A DNA stretch of 43,325 nucleotides, the filler included, from Jimgerdemannia flammicorona (lineage: Eukaryota): NCBI GenBank assembly GCA_003990765.1. It is 2 parts of 2 records of this genome, joined end to end, with 100 filler letters (N's around TTAATTAATTAA, not from the genome) between each part and the next. Parts side by side here need not be neighbours in the genome. Positions count along the whole stretch, not along the records: positions 21,715 to 43,325 come from RBNJ01001423.1; 1 more part is not named here. The stretch is one strand, 5' to 3'. The notes beneath the pieces were generated by a model that searched no databases, had not been told where the DNA came from, and was given only the letters and a program-made list of their open reading frames with translations. Each line of letters starts with the position of its first letter. Position 1 is the first letter of the stretch. This document shows, piece by piece, positions 23,774-36,789 of the stretch. A program made the translations under genes and the position numbers.

Positions 23774-23974
23774 CTAACTAAGATAGTCTTGAGTTCTCCA
23801 ATAATCTCAAATAACTAGAGTCTAATCTTATATATCACCAAGAGCTATCAAAAGTGATATCTACTACTTAACTACTTTACATTAATTAGAAAGTCTCACT
23901 GATATAGTATTTGTATCAGTTCTAATAACTATCACTAGTCTGGTATCTGACTGATCTATTATAATTACTTTTCT

Positions 23975-23975
<1 letters not shown>

Positions 23976-24043
<68 letters not shown>

Positions 24044-24052
24044 GTTATATAC
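23976..24052 (-). mobile_element. Minimal retro-insertion: poly(A)65 plus 12 nt
   Basis: T65 followed by ATAGTTATATAC, flanked by a 14-bp TSD TAATTACT(T/C)TTCTG (23962-23975, 24053-24066). The empty site is visible in the paralogous LINE copy at about 7025-7040. Confidence 0.82.
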
Positions 24053-26995
24053 TAATTACTCTTCTGCTTATCTATGATAGCTATCTCTCTTTTTATTTCA
24101 ATACTACCTAAAAAACAGTTATCTATATCAAAACTATACTCACCAAAAAGCTTACTAAAGCTCAGAAGACTTTATCACAGATATCAAGGATCTGTAGGTA
24201 ACCTATACTAGTACTTAATATCTAAGATCAGCTAACTCTCTATATAACTTATAATATACTGAGATAATACCTTATTGATGATAGTAAAAGGAAGAAGATA
24301 CTATACTAAAAACAGATATTCTTCAAATATAGCTAAAGATATGTATTAGAAACTATAAAAGAATAGAGAAAGTACTAATCTGATACTAATAAAGGGCAAC
24401 TTATCATTATTGTCTCTCTTTTATAGATACAGCAAACAAACCTAAAATAGAGAGAGTAAAAGTTATAGAAAAGAGACTTAGAAGATTATTTATCAAAATT
24501 TTATAACTAATATAGTAGCAGAGAAAGAGGCTGAGCACTAGGTCTCTTTATTAACTAATTTATAACAAATATATAGTTTTCATATCATTATTAGTAGCTC
24601 CAACTCAGCTCTATTCTACTCTACTCTACCTTAATATACTCTCTCTCTCCCATCTCTACTTTCTTAAAAACTATTAAATTATTAACTATCTCAATCTATC
24701 TATTACTTCTCTCATATCTCTTCTATCAAATATCAATAATAATCTTCTTAAAAACTTCACTCCTTCTACTAGTCTGATAGAATATCTACTATCAATCTCT
24801 CCCATCTTATCATTCTTTCTTCCAAAATCATCTACCTTCTATTTTTGAATATATATAACTAGTATCTAGCTAGCTCCATCAATACTATTAATACTCACCC
24901 AATAGTAAACTATTTATTACCAATATACTCTATCAACTACTCTCTAAGTCATCTTATCTTCTCTTCTCTCCACTATCTCACTATCTTTTAAAGTTATTTT
25001 TCTTATAATATTTTGATTCAAAGTAGTAATTATAGATAATAATATTAAATCTATTGATGATTCTCATAGCTTCTTTAAGAGAGCTTAGTTCTTTTAGTCT
25101 GATCTTAACTTATATATTCTCTTTTAGACCTTAGATATAGTAGTCTATTTTTTTATCTTTTGTAATATTAGGTAGTTTTAAATAAATTATATATTATAGA
25201 TTTATATACTTGATGTTTTTTTTTTATAGTCTCATGAACTTTGCTATTTATTATCAGTCTATTAAATATAAATATAGTACTCTATTCTACTACTCAATCC
25301 CCCTAGAGAGACCCCCCCTCCACACTCTTATACTTGAAGGTTACCTTATTCTTTACTACTATAACTCTCTCCCTATTCTATCTACAAATTTTCTCTAATA
25401 AATAATACCAGTAACCTCTCTGCAGTAGACCCCATTCCAGTCATCAGTCTATCAAGACATCTACTATCAACTCTTCTCACCTTGTCAGTTACTCTCTTAA
25501 ACCTAATCACCTCTCTTTCTCAAAAACAAATAGCCAGTATCTAGCTAATTCCACTTATATAGCTAAAACTCAATCAATAGTGAGCTACTCATTTTCAATC
25601 CCCCTTATCAATCTATCTTACAAATTATCCCATTGACCCCTCTTATTATCCCCCCTTCTCACAATATCTAATCTATTCTCAACTACTAACCAAAAGTCTT
25701 CAAGTATCTCATACTCTCTCAGCCAATGTTCTGGTATCTACACAAACCCCCCTTTCTATTCTATATTATAATACTCTTCACAATCAAATTGTCTACCCTC
25801 TATAAGATGTTCTGACTGAAAGTTAAATATGACATTTCTCCTCAGCAAGCACTATCAGACTATCCAGAACTTAGATAGCAGCTATCTTTATATCTCAGTA
25901 CTTTAGACCCAAACTCTATTCTAGTTTCATCTCTTTTCAATATTAGCTATCTGCCAATTACTGAGTCATATATCTTATTCCAACCTTCTCTGATACTCTA
26001 CTTCATTACTAATATTAAAGTCAATTAGTGAAGTACCCCTCAATAATACTTGATCTCATCTTCATATTACTGAACCCCATGGTATCTCTCTCTCAGCCCT
26101 CTGCTAGTGAAGACCAATATGGTGCACCCCATCAACTACTCTCTACCAGAAGCCCTTGTACTGTATGTACCTACTATTATAAAGCCCAACCAAAGACAGT
26201 AGATCCCCAGTAGAGTCTCTCAGTGAGAACCTCATCTCTCAGATCTTTTTTATCAGAGGAACTCAGCTACTATCCCTAAATTCTACAGCTCTCTTCAGTC
26301 ACTAAGCTCTCAAACAATATAGCCTTTTTAGGAAGTCAACCAGTCCAAGGCCTCCTCTATCCACTGATAATGACAAAATTTCCCAGTTAATCTGACTCTG
26401 TCTCTTAGCCCAGATCTAACCTTTAGCTAGCTTTAATAGTCTCTTCACTACCCAGGCTAGAAAGTACTAAATATTATAGCTTTAGCAGCCAGTAGATATT
26501 CAAGATTGAAACACAACCTATCAAAGAGATGTGAAAGCCTCTCTAGCTCTGCAGGATCTCTCTCCAAATAGTCACCTGCTGTTCTTACTAAATTCTAGGT
26601 AGAACTGACCTATAGACTGAAAGATAGATGTCTAAGTATCATATAGTATCTCTAATAGGGACAATTGCTCTAATGACATCTCCTCCTACTAAACTATTGT
26701 CCAACACCATCATTTCATACTTATGTCAGTTGAGTTTAGCCTCAGAATATACCTCATATCACTCTACCATCTTCTAAAGTTCTTTGATATCTACAACTGA
26801 TCTCAGTTCAACTACTATATTATCTGCAAATACTTCAACCTTTCAGATAATTCCAAATACTGATAGTTTCTCTACTTTTTGCCAAATCCTATCCATCAAT
26901 AGCTTTAGGGACAGAGCATATAAAATAGGAGACAGCAGATCTCCCTGAGAAATACTTCTATCTAGAGGGAATACTACCCTCTGATGACTATTATA

Positions 26996-27578
26996 TAGTA
27001 CTCCTAATGAGTCAATTTAATTTGGATTGATTTTGGATTGAATCCCATCTGGATCAACTTGGATGGAATTTGAATTCCATCTAAATGGATTCAAATCAAC
27101 CATTGTTTTGATTTCCAAATTAGACAATTAAATATTTATATCAATAATTTGATAAATAATCATCTAAATTTGATAATCTTGGTATCATTTGAAAGCCCTT
27201 AATAAGACCTACCTAATGATACTAAGAATATTGAGATTAGATTATACATTGCTGAGTTATAAAGGAAAATGTCTGAATTACCAATTTTGGAAATTATTCA
27301 ATTTGCTGATTTTGGAAATTCTATCAAATAGAACATTTTCCTTAATATCTCAGCAACATATAATCTGATTTTAATATTTTTGGTATCATTAGGAAGGTCT
27401 GATTAAGGGCTTTCAAATAATACTAAGATTATTAAATTTGGATGATTATTTATCAAGTTATTGATATAAACATTTAATTGTCTAATTTAGAAATCAAAAT
27501 AATGGTTAATTTGAATCAATCCAGATGGAATCCAGATGGGATTCAAATTTCATCTAGATTGACTTATTTAGAGCACTA
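26996..27578. mobile_element. hAT-family palindromic MITE (583 bp) inserted in LINE RT
   Basis: TIRs TAGTACTCC.../...GAGCACTA, 8-bp TSD C(T/C)ATTATA (26988-26995, 27579-27586), ~270-bp inverted arms. Confidence 0.92.
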
Positions 27579-29063
27579 CCATTATATATAAGTGCTACTC
27601 TATGCTCTTTCAGTAGACTGATTATTACTACTCAGAACTGCTGAGGAACTCTGATCCTATCTAGTATCTTTACCAACCAGATCCACCTGACCCAGTTATA
27701 GGCCTTCTTTTAATCTAGGAAGACTAATCTCTCATCTAGCCTACAGGCTTAAGTTCTTTCAATAATACTATAAACCTAAGCTATACTATTCCTAATGAGC
27801 CAGCCCCCAACAAAATCTCATTGCTCCTTATCTAAGATTTGCTGAACTATCTTCTGTAGTCTCACAATAACTATTTTGGTAACTAACTTTCTATCCATAT
27901 CCAGGAATATAATAGATCTCCAGTTCTTCCATCCTCTCTTCTGTCCTTATTCTTATACAACAGTACTATCAGTCCTAGATCCTGCTCTCTCACCTACTTC
28001 TCTAACTATAACACTAAGTTATAAAGTACTATCATCTCTCCCATCACCTTAGAGATTCTCACCATCTTATTTCAGAAGTCTTAGAGCAGACCATTCTCTC
28101 TAGATATAGTATCTAGCATAGTCATAGTAAGAACCTAGTGAATCTCCTCTGAACTAATATTACCAAACTATCAAACCTATCTACTTATGGTAAGTGTTAA
28201 TCCTCTAAGATGTATTCAATAGAAGCAGCATTGGTTTTGTCCTTCTCTTTACTCTACAGATCACTCTACCTCTTCTTTAGTAAGTCTAATATGTCTTGTG
28301 ATCTATGTATCAGCAGACTATTAGAATTCAGTACTCTCTCCTATCTCTGCCTCACTCTTTTTATCTGCAGAATTCTTAAGAGATACTTAGAGGACCTCCT
28401 CCCCTCCTCCAGCCCCTACCAGTATAGCTATATAGTTATTCCTCACATCAATATCTCCTCCTCCTCTCTCAATATCTGCTATAATTTAGTGATCTCTAGC
28501 TTTACTCATATCAATCTCTAGTTCTCAACTCCCTCTAAGGCCAAAAGACCTGCCCAATTCTCCTGAAGTCAGGCCAATCTAGCAGAGGCCCAGATCACTC
28601 TTCTCCTCTTCTACTCTGTCAGTCTCACTCTAGTAAACCCTAGTAGCCTTCTTTAACCTCACCTATTAAATACTCACTAGAGTACTCTTATAGACCCAAC
28701 CCTCCACTCTCTATCTAATATTCCCAGCCCAAGTATCTCACAGTCTCTTCTCAGTTAATAAAGAGGAATTAAGGTACTAATATCTAGGCCATCCCCACTT
28801 TTCCCAAACTGACCATACCTCAATAAGCCTCAATAGTCTGACTATAGATACCACTCAACCTCCAGAGACTTCCAGACATCCAGACCCCAGCAATCAGCTA
28901 TCAGTATCTAGTCAATCCTAGTCCCCAGACCATCTGCCTAATAGATATAGATCATTCTATCTCTCCACATTACTCAACCAGTATCTATCAGAGAGCTAAT
29001 GTAATAGAATGGATGAACAATGAACAGATGGGATGCAATGAACGACAAGCAATCATGTGACCC

Positions 29064-31316
29064 TTCTGCGAGAACACCAGCTCTATGCCAAGATGAGCAA
29101 GTGTAAATTCTACCAAGACCAGATTGAGTACTTAGGATACATTATCTCTGCTGAAGGTATCAACGTGGACCCCTGAAAGGTATCAGTCCTCAAGAATATT
29201 CCTATTCCTACTACCCTCAAGCTACTCCAGTGCTTTCTGGGTATTACTAGTTATTACTGAAGGTTTATCCAAGGATACTCTGCTATTGTAGCCCCATTGA
29301 TCAGCCTGGTCCATAAAGGAGTAAACATCAAAGCTGAATGGACCCCCAAATGCACCCTGGCTATGGACCATCTCAAGAGACTCCTTATCGAGGCTCCAGT
29401 GCTAATTGCACCTGATCCTACCAGACCATTCACTCTGACCACAGATGCCTCTGACATTGCTATTGGAGCAGTGCTCAGCCAAGAAGACCGCCCAGTGGCC
29501 TACTTTTCACAGAAGCTCAAGCCAGCTGAGATCTGATATACCACCCATGAGAAGGAACTCCTGGCTATTATCACTGCACTCCAGGAATGGTGCCATTTCC
29601 TCTTTGGACAGCCATTTGTGGCCTATACTGATCACCATGCACTGCGGTATATTTACACAGCCTATGCTAACCCATAGACAAGCCCGCTAGATGGAAATCA
29701 TTGCCAACTTTGATATAGAAATCAAGTATATCCCAGGCAAAACCAACCGTGTGGCTGATGGTTTCTCCAGATACATGGAAGACAAGCTTGTCTTCATGGT
29801 TGAAGTAATTAGAGACCTTACCCAAATGATCAAGGAGGGCTACCAGCAAGACAGCCCCCTGATGAATTTCCTTCAATTCTGCCAAGACCCAGAGGCCAAG
29901 ATTCCAGAACCCATGAGACAAATGGCCAAGAGATTCACCTACCATGATGGACTTATCTACAGGGACCATGATAGAGTGGTTGTACCTAACAATGACACTC
30001 TGCGACTCAAAATCATGCAGGAACTCCATGATACTCTTGCAGCAGGACACTTTGGTTTTGAAAAGACCTACAACCTCCTCTTAAGAGAGTTCTACTGGCC
30101 AAAGATGACCAAGAATATCAAAGACTTTGTGGCCTCATGCGAGATGTGCCAAAGGTTCAAAAGTAGTAACAAGCTACCAGCAGGACTCCTGCAACCCTTG
30201 CCTATCCTGAGCCACAATTGGGACCAGATTGCAATGGACTTCATTGTCCAACTTCCCAAGACCAAGGCAGAATGAGATGCCATCATGGTATTCATGGACC
30301 GCCTAAGTAAACAAGCCCATTTTGCACCCACCAAGACCACTACTACAGCACCAGAGATTGCCAAGATCTTTCTCAACCAAGTATTCAGACTATATGGCAT
30401 GCCTAGCACTATTGTATCTGACTGAGATGCTAAGTTCACAAGTAATTTCTGGAAGGCATTTTTCTCCCTCCATGGAACCAAGCTGAAGTTCTCTACTGCT
30501 TACCACCCTCAGACTGATGGTCAAACCAAGCAAACCAACAGGACTCTCAAACAGATGCTTAGTATCTTCTGCTGTTATAAGAAAAATAATTAGAACAAGT
30601 ACCTAGCCCATGCTGAGTTTGCCTACAACAATAGTCAGCAAACCTCCACAAAGAAGACTCCATTCTTCCTGAACCATGGTCAACACCCAAGGACCCCTAG
30701 TACTACCGTGAAATCAGCAGTCCCAGCAGCCCAAGATCTGGCTGAGACCATTTCTGACCTTACGCAAATGACAAGAGATGCTCTCATAGAAGCACAAGAC
30801 TATCAGACCAAGTACGCAAACTTGAAGCAAAGAGAAGCCTCCTACAATATTGGTGACAAAGTCATGCTTAGAACAGACTACCTCCACCCAGACACTCTGG
30901 CACAACAACCAGCCAAGAAACTCCATGCTAGAAGAATTGGACCATATAAGATCATGGAAAAAATCAGTGAAGTCAACTACAAGTTGCAACTTCCCCACAA
31001 TATTTGAGTATACCCAGTGTTCCATATCAGCCAATTGGTGGACTACTATGAGAACCCATTCTCCGAGTATACAGTTCCACCACCACCCCCAATTAGGATC
31101 AATGATCACAAGGAATTCAAAATTGAGGAAGTACTTGACCACAAGGTCCACAAATATCCCAAAACAGTCAAGCGCTTTTTCCTGATCAAGTGGAAGGGTT
31201 ACCCCACCCATGATACTACCTGGGAAAAAGAAGAAGCCCTGAAGAATACACGTGAAGCCCTCCAGGACTACATGGAAATACTCACCCCCCAGCAAAGGAA
31301 GGAACTACAGCTCTAA
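29064..31316 (+). pseudogene. pol: pol remnant: RT C-terminus, RNase H, integrase, chromodomain
   Basis: [53 protein letters not shown]...GHFG...CEMCQ, MDFI, SD*DAKFTS, RIGPYKI and EEVLDHK...FLIKWKGYPTHDTTWE. Confidence 0.95.
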
Positions 31317-31885
31317 GTATAGGAGCACACAGCAAATGGAAAGATACCATATATTTTTATCTGGAAACATATAATACCAAATATTGCGAAAAAAGAAACA
31401 CTATGGATAACCAATAAGAAGATACCCGAGCAAAAGAACAATCTAATACAATACAGCAAAACATATTTAAACAACTCTATTTCATGCCATCTGTGTCATC
31501 TCTGCTGGATGATGACGGACACTTCATGTGAAACTTAGGAAAGCCGACAATGTCAAAACCAGTCTAAGTCCATCCACGTGACAGATATTGTTACTAAGAA
31601 TTGCCTCAGATTACAAGAAAGTCTATTTCTAAGAGGTTTGAACCCCCAGCTGCGACAATGGGAGCCCTTGCCCTAGACAAGGATGGCCAGTCCTCGCAAA
31701 TGCGCCAACCAGACAAAAAAAAAGTGGACCAAGACCTGTTAACCCTGTGTAACCACAAATAGGTGATGAGATCTTTGAAATCAAGATTTTCTCATGTGAC
31801 CAGCACATGCTCCACTTACAGCACAGGTCATACATTTTGCCAGAAAGCATGACCAAAGGAAGGTCACATCAGACAGGTGAATAAG

Positions 31886-31893
31886 TATAAATA
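31886..31893 (+). promoter_or_regulatory. Putative TATA box of the accessory ORF
   Basis: GTATAAATACCC, the same context as the LTR TATA at 33143, located 72 nt upstream of the ATG at 31958. Confidence 0.55.
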
Positions 31894-31957
31894 CCCAAGG
31901 CAAGAATACCCCGCAACTCTCATCCCCCTTTCCTCACAAAGAAAAGACAAGACAAGA

Positions 31958-32788
31958 ATGCCTGCCACCCACCACTAAACTGCCTGTCATAGCCAGCCCC
32001 TCCCAAGCCAGGTTGACTGCCTCTTTGGACACATCCAGGTTGCTATCCAAGGAAGGAACTGCCACTCAGAGGCCCTTAACCTCTTCAGCCCAGACCTAGG
32101 ACAGTATGTCCTTGACTGCTATGAAATTATTGAAAGGGCCTACCTCGCTACCAGCTGCCTGAAAATCTGGCACGAATATGAAATCGGTCACCAGCTTCTC
32201 TAACATACAAGTGGCCTACCCACGGACCAGGTCTCTGACTGGACTCACCTAGACAGGTATGAGCAAAGACTTGCCAAGAAGGTCCATCAAATCATGCGCC
32301 ATGCATCCTTCGTGATTCCCAACCTCAACTATATACAACTGAAGGACTTCCAGAACCTCTCTTTCCCTGAGGTCAATGCCCTAGAAGTCAAGGTTGCCCA
32401 AGAGGCCAACTCCTGGATTGCCCTCAAGTCTACTGACTATGAACCCTACTGGAGCCCCCTCCTGAATGACAACTCTGACCAATGGCTCCAAGGTCTCTCT
32501 GACCTCTTTGAAGGACCACCTATCCAAATGGATATTCCCAGGCATGAAGATCAAGAGCCCTACTTGGATGGTCCCAACTGCATCAGATGGAGAATCCCTA
32601 CACCAGCACCTATTCCAATGCAAGGACCATTTGCAGACCTCATTGACTTCTCCATTCTGGACAGCAAGCTATCTGCAATCACCACCCCCCCTGCCCTTGA
32701 AGAAGATGGTAATGACCCTGAGGAGGATTCCCCACCTTTTTCTCCTCTGGTTCTCAATTTCTCAATCAATGAAGACATTGATTTCTAA
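31958..32788 (+). pseudogene. Accessory ORF of unknown function (276 codons, two in-frame TAA) between pol and PPT
   Basis: Single frame from ATG 31958 (MPATHH*) to TAA 32786-32788, which overlaps the PPT. Internal TAA at 31976 and 32201 only. It includes track ORF 32294-32788. End-to-end homology to the solo-LTR ORFs. Confidence 0.88.
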
Positions 32789-32799
32789 GGGGGGAAGAA

Positions 32800-33592
32800 T
32801 GTAATAGAATGGACAAATGATGAACAGATGGGACACAATGAATGACAAGTGATCACATGACCCAGCGAGCGATGATGTTATCATACGATTGAGCGCAACA
32901 TATAAATAACGATATAAACGAATGATGCAAATGAATGATGCAGAAAACAATATTTAGCTTATCCCTGACAACCGGTGCTGCAGCAACAGTTGCCACAGCT
33001 GCTGATCATTGCCTAGTAATTGAGGTCCTGATCACAAAGATATTCTTTACCAAAAACTACCTGACAAAGGTCGTGATCATAAACCTTATTATAGTTACCA
33101 AATTAGTCACTCATACTTAGTCAGAAATCATGGACCAACTTGTATAAATACCCCCCAGTTTCCATCCGAAATAAAGCAGTTTTAGTTCAGTCCTTGATAT
33201 AAGAATCAAGTCCCCCCCACACACACACATTCCCCTGAGTCTTAGTAATGACATCTAAGTGACTCTAGTGTTTCTGACTAAACTCCAGAAGTCTAGCTAA
33301 CTTCTGCCAGAACTGAGACCGGTATATAAATCCCCAAAGACTTAAGTAAACCCATTGAACCTGAATTCCAAGGTGAATTCAGTCTGTGTACAGCAAAGAA
33401 CAAGACTCTCAAAATAGGGCACAAGAGAAAGACCTTTGAAAGATAAGGCACTGCCACTACAACTACTTATAAGTGAGTGCTTCCTCAAACTGAAGGCTTC
33501 TTGATACACATTGTATACTAAGTCCCTAAGTAATAGTCCACTTCTCTAATTATCCAAAGAATAAGAGAGGGGTAGAAGTGAGAGTTATTACA
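32800..33592 (+). repeat. 3' LTR of the chromovirus (793 bp)
   Basis: Follows the PPT, has TG...CA termini with a 7-bp inverted repeat, TATAAATA 33143 and AATAAA 33170. Confidence 0.9.
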
Positions 33593-36500
33593 GCTAAGTT
33601 GCTCTACCTTCTTCCAACTCTCTAGACTGCCACACCTACCTCCTGCATTCCTCTCTCTATCTGTTCTGTCCAATTGTACCATATGAATTATATTGAAGTC
33701 TCTCTCAAGTATCTCCACTCTTACCTCCACAAATACTCCACTATCTAAAAGACTATCAATCTACTCTACATGCTTGCCCCTAACTACAGAGCAGTAGCAA
33801 GATCTAACTACAATTGACTCTTATCTAGACTGATGCCACTCTCTCCAAACCATATGATTTCTCTAGTTTCTGTTATCATATATTTTTCTATACTCTTTTT
33901 ACACCAGCAGCCCAATCTTGCTATTCTAGACTATAGCTCTACTCTATTCTCTTATCTACTCCTGTTGCTCAAGATCTCCCTCACATTATATATCTTATAG
34001 AAGAAAAAGATCAGTCTCTAATTCCTTCAACTAAGTAAAAATATTATATTACCTCCCAGAACCCCTCAGGCCATTTACATTTAATGAAAAAAATATTAGT
34101 TGTACTGTTCATAGAAAATAATATTGAAGTAGATATATTCTCTTCACAACTCTATATTCACTTTCTCTCTAGTTAAGTTTAATCTATACTTAGTAGTAGT
34201 CTCTACTCCCTCAACCTACTTAGCTTTCAGTTCAATCAAAAGCTCATCTATTACTATATCATCCTTCAATTTCATCTCCTCTTAGTACTTCAAGTATACC
34301 TCTTATCAAATTTCCAATCCATGTCTCCATTTCTACCAGAAGACTGTATGCTCTCTAGCTATTACTACCATCTCTGTCTCTCTCACAATATCTACCTTAT
34401 AACTCTCCTCATCCAAATATACTACTAGTACCTCCTTCACCAGGGCCTCTACAACATCTTCTCTCTACAGAATTCTTATTCAGTACTCCTTACTGATAAC
34501 TCACAAGTCTACATCCTCTAGCTCCTCAGCTACTAAGTTGTTCATCATCTGATATATCTACTGCAAGTCTCCAATTTTCTTACTCTCAGGGGTCACTAGT
34601 TAGCCAGTCTCAAGCATTACAGTATCTGCTCTAGTACTTGCAAACCCATCTCACTCCTCCTCAGGGATATCTACCAGTTCCTCCTCTCCAATCTTAACTA
34701 TCTGCTCTCTACTTGTTATCTCAGATACTCTAAATTAAACATAGCGAGCCCCCAATATCTTCACATTCTCACCAGCTATTGGCTGGACATCCTGAGTCTT
34801 TCTTTCTATATCCTCACTCTCCTTCCATATCTCTAGTATGCTATTATTATAGAAAGTCTAATCTCTTATCTCCTGGCTCCAACTCTCAGCCTTAGCACTC
34901 CTCTTCTCCTTCTCACTAGCTCAGATACTCTCCTGAGCACTCCCAGTAGTCTTGTCCAAACTCAGCAATACCTTCTCTGTCTTCTTCAAACTAGCTAGCA
35001 GCTCTCTCTGTCTTACCCAAATATGCTTTCCATTTACTACCTCTAAGTGATTTAAGTCTATATAAGTCTTCTATATCTTAGCCTACTATTTCACTGCCCC
35101 ACTGAGCTCTTTCAGCACCTCTACCAAATCCTCCTCCTTCTATAAACTCCTCTTCACTCTCATTACCTTGCAGATAAATGCCCCCCATATCAGCACTAAG
35201 GACTAGTCTCTCAACTTCTCTATAACCTTCTTTTCAGCCAGCTAGAGCCTGATATCCACATCTCTCATCCTGAAAGAAGTCCCCTCCCAGACCTAGAAAC
35301 CAATATTAACTACCTTGCCATACTCAGCCATGGTCTTCTCTACTCTCTTCCTCATCTTAGTTATTATTATAGACACTCTCTTCACTAGTAGCTAGACTAT
35401 TCTGGGGTCCCATCTCAGACAACAAGTCATCAGAACCACTACTGCATCTACTGTTAGCCCTATCTTCAATGTCTCCTCCAAGAGAGTAGCCTCCTCAAAG
35501 CCCACCTCTACTCTCTTAAGCTTCTTTAGGAACTTCACTGAGGCAGCTCCAGTCATCTGCTCAAAATTAGCCTCAAAATTATCTTTACTATCACTGCTAA
35601 GCCTCAGAAGTACAGTATAATTATAAACTCCAAGATCAACTTTTTGAGTAATAGAGTCACTGCCAGATCCATTATACCATCAGCCAGGTTCTCTAGCCCC
35701 TACTGGTCTCTCTGTATAGTACCACTATCAGCTATTATATTTCTTCTTATTTGCCATTACACCTCTATCAGCAGTTATACTACTACTCTTAGCCACAGCT
35801 CCTCCTGTCCTTATACTTGCTTCCTAAGACAAATAGCCTCCCATCCTCCCTAGAGTAGCCTTGTCTTTTCTCTCAGCTATATCAGTCCAAGTATCTGTCA
35901 GCTATCTACTATTCTTTATCTTGTCAGCAAAGCTTAATGGTCCAGTCCTGTCTCTATTCTCACCAGATATCAATTGCTCTTCAGACCCTTCTCTGCCATT
36001 CACATCTCCAAAAACCCCCATTCTCAAACTATAACTCCTCTCTACATATTGCTAGCCAAATGCCCTAGATCTATCTAACTCAGCATATCTATTAGAACTC
36101 TTGCTTGAAGATATGTTGATAGTATCTTTTCTCTAAATTGTTATAAAAAGTATTATATAATATAAATTATATCAGAGAAAATAGCTATTGATCTGTATAT
36201 ACTTGGTGTTTACTAGTTTATTTCTAACTAATTTAATAGTATTAGTAGACTTAAACTACTTATAGAGAGCTTTCTTAAATATTATAATTCTTATTTCTCA
36301 GAGATATAATAGTTATAATATAATTATACTACTAAATAATTATATTTTCTTAGAAAAGTATAGTAATAAATTAAATTTATATATATATTTATTTTTATTT
36401 TTATAAGTTTAAAGTACTAAACTAATTAAAAGATTTAAATATTAGTAGACAGTCTTTTTTAATAATTATTAAAAGTATCTGACTTAAGTAGCTTAAAGCT

Positions 36501-36789
36501 GATATATATAATTATAGAATAAGTTATTATATGTAGCTATTCTTCTTACTTTTAGTTATTTCAATTATATTTATAGATTTTAGATCTTATATATATATTA
36601 TAGTAGTAATTATCTTTTCTAAATTAATCTATATCTCTGTATCTATATCTTCTACTATAGAAAGATCTGAATAATTGACTAGTTCTTCAGTATTCATTTT
36701 GAAGTTATGACTAGTTATAACTGTTTTCTAAATTTATATAAGATTTCTTAATAAGATAAGATATTTTTACTATTATTACTAAGTATAAT

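Larger units (their letters stand above)
29000..33592 (+). mobile_element. Chromoviral Ty3/Gypsy element with internal deletion and a 3' accessory ORF, inserted in LINE endonuclease
   Basis: TGTAATA...TATTACA termini, 5-bp TSD GCTAA (28995-28999, 33593-33597). The 5' LTR remnant 29000-29063 matches 32800-32863. PPT AAGGGGGGAAGAA at 32787-32799. Confidence 0.93.
21715..36150 (-). mobile_element. Full-length degenerate L1/Tx1-like LINE with four nested insertions
   Basis: ORF1 starts at about 36114 (ATG>ATA, then SSSKSS...RAFG*QYV) and ORF2 ATG is at 34112 (MNSTTNI). RT VFADN lies at about 26825-26835 and ORF2 ends at about 24570. The ~1.2-kb 3' region matches 6342-7514 and ends at the contig edge where poly(T) is expected. 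The 5' limit is approximate. Confidence 0.88.

Noticed and set aside
29667..31295. Minus-strand ORFs of 127-193 aa
   Set aside because: They are antisense shadows of chromovirus pol with no recognisable motifs.
31958..32788. Calling the extra ORF env
   Set aside because: No signal peptide, transmembrane helix or furin/fusion-peptide pattern is visible. Only the position is env-like.
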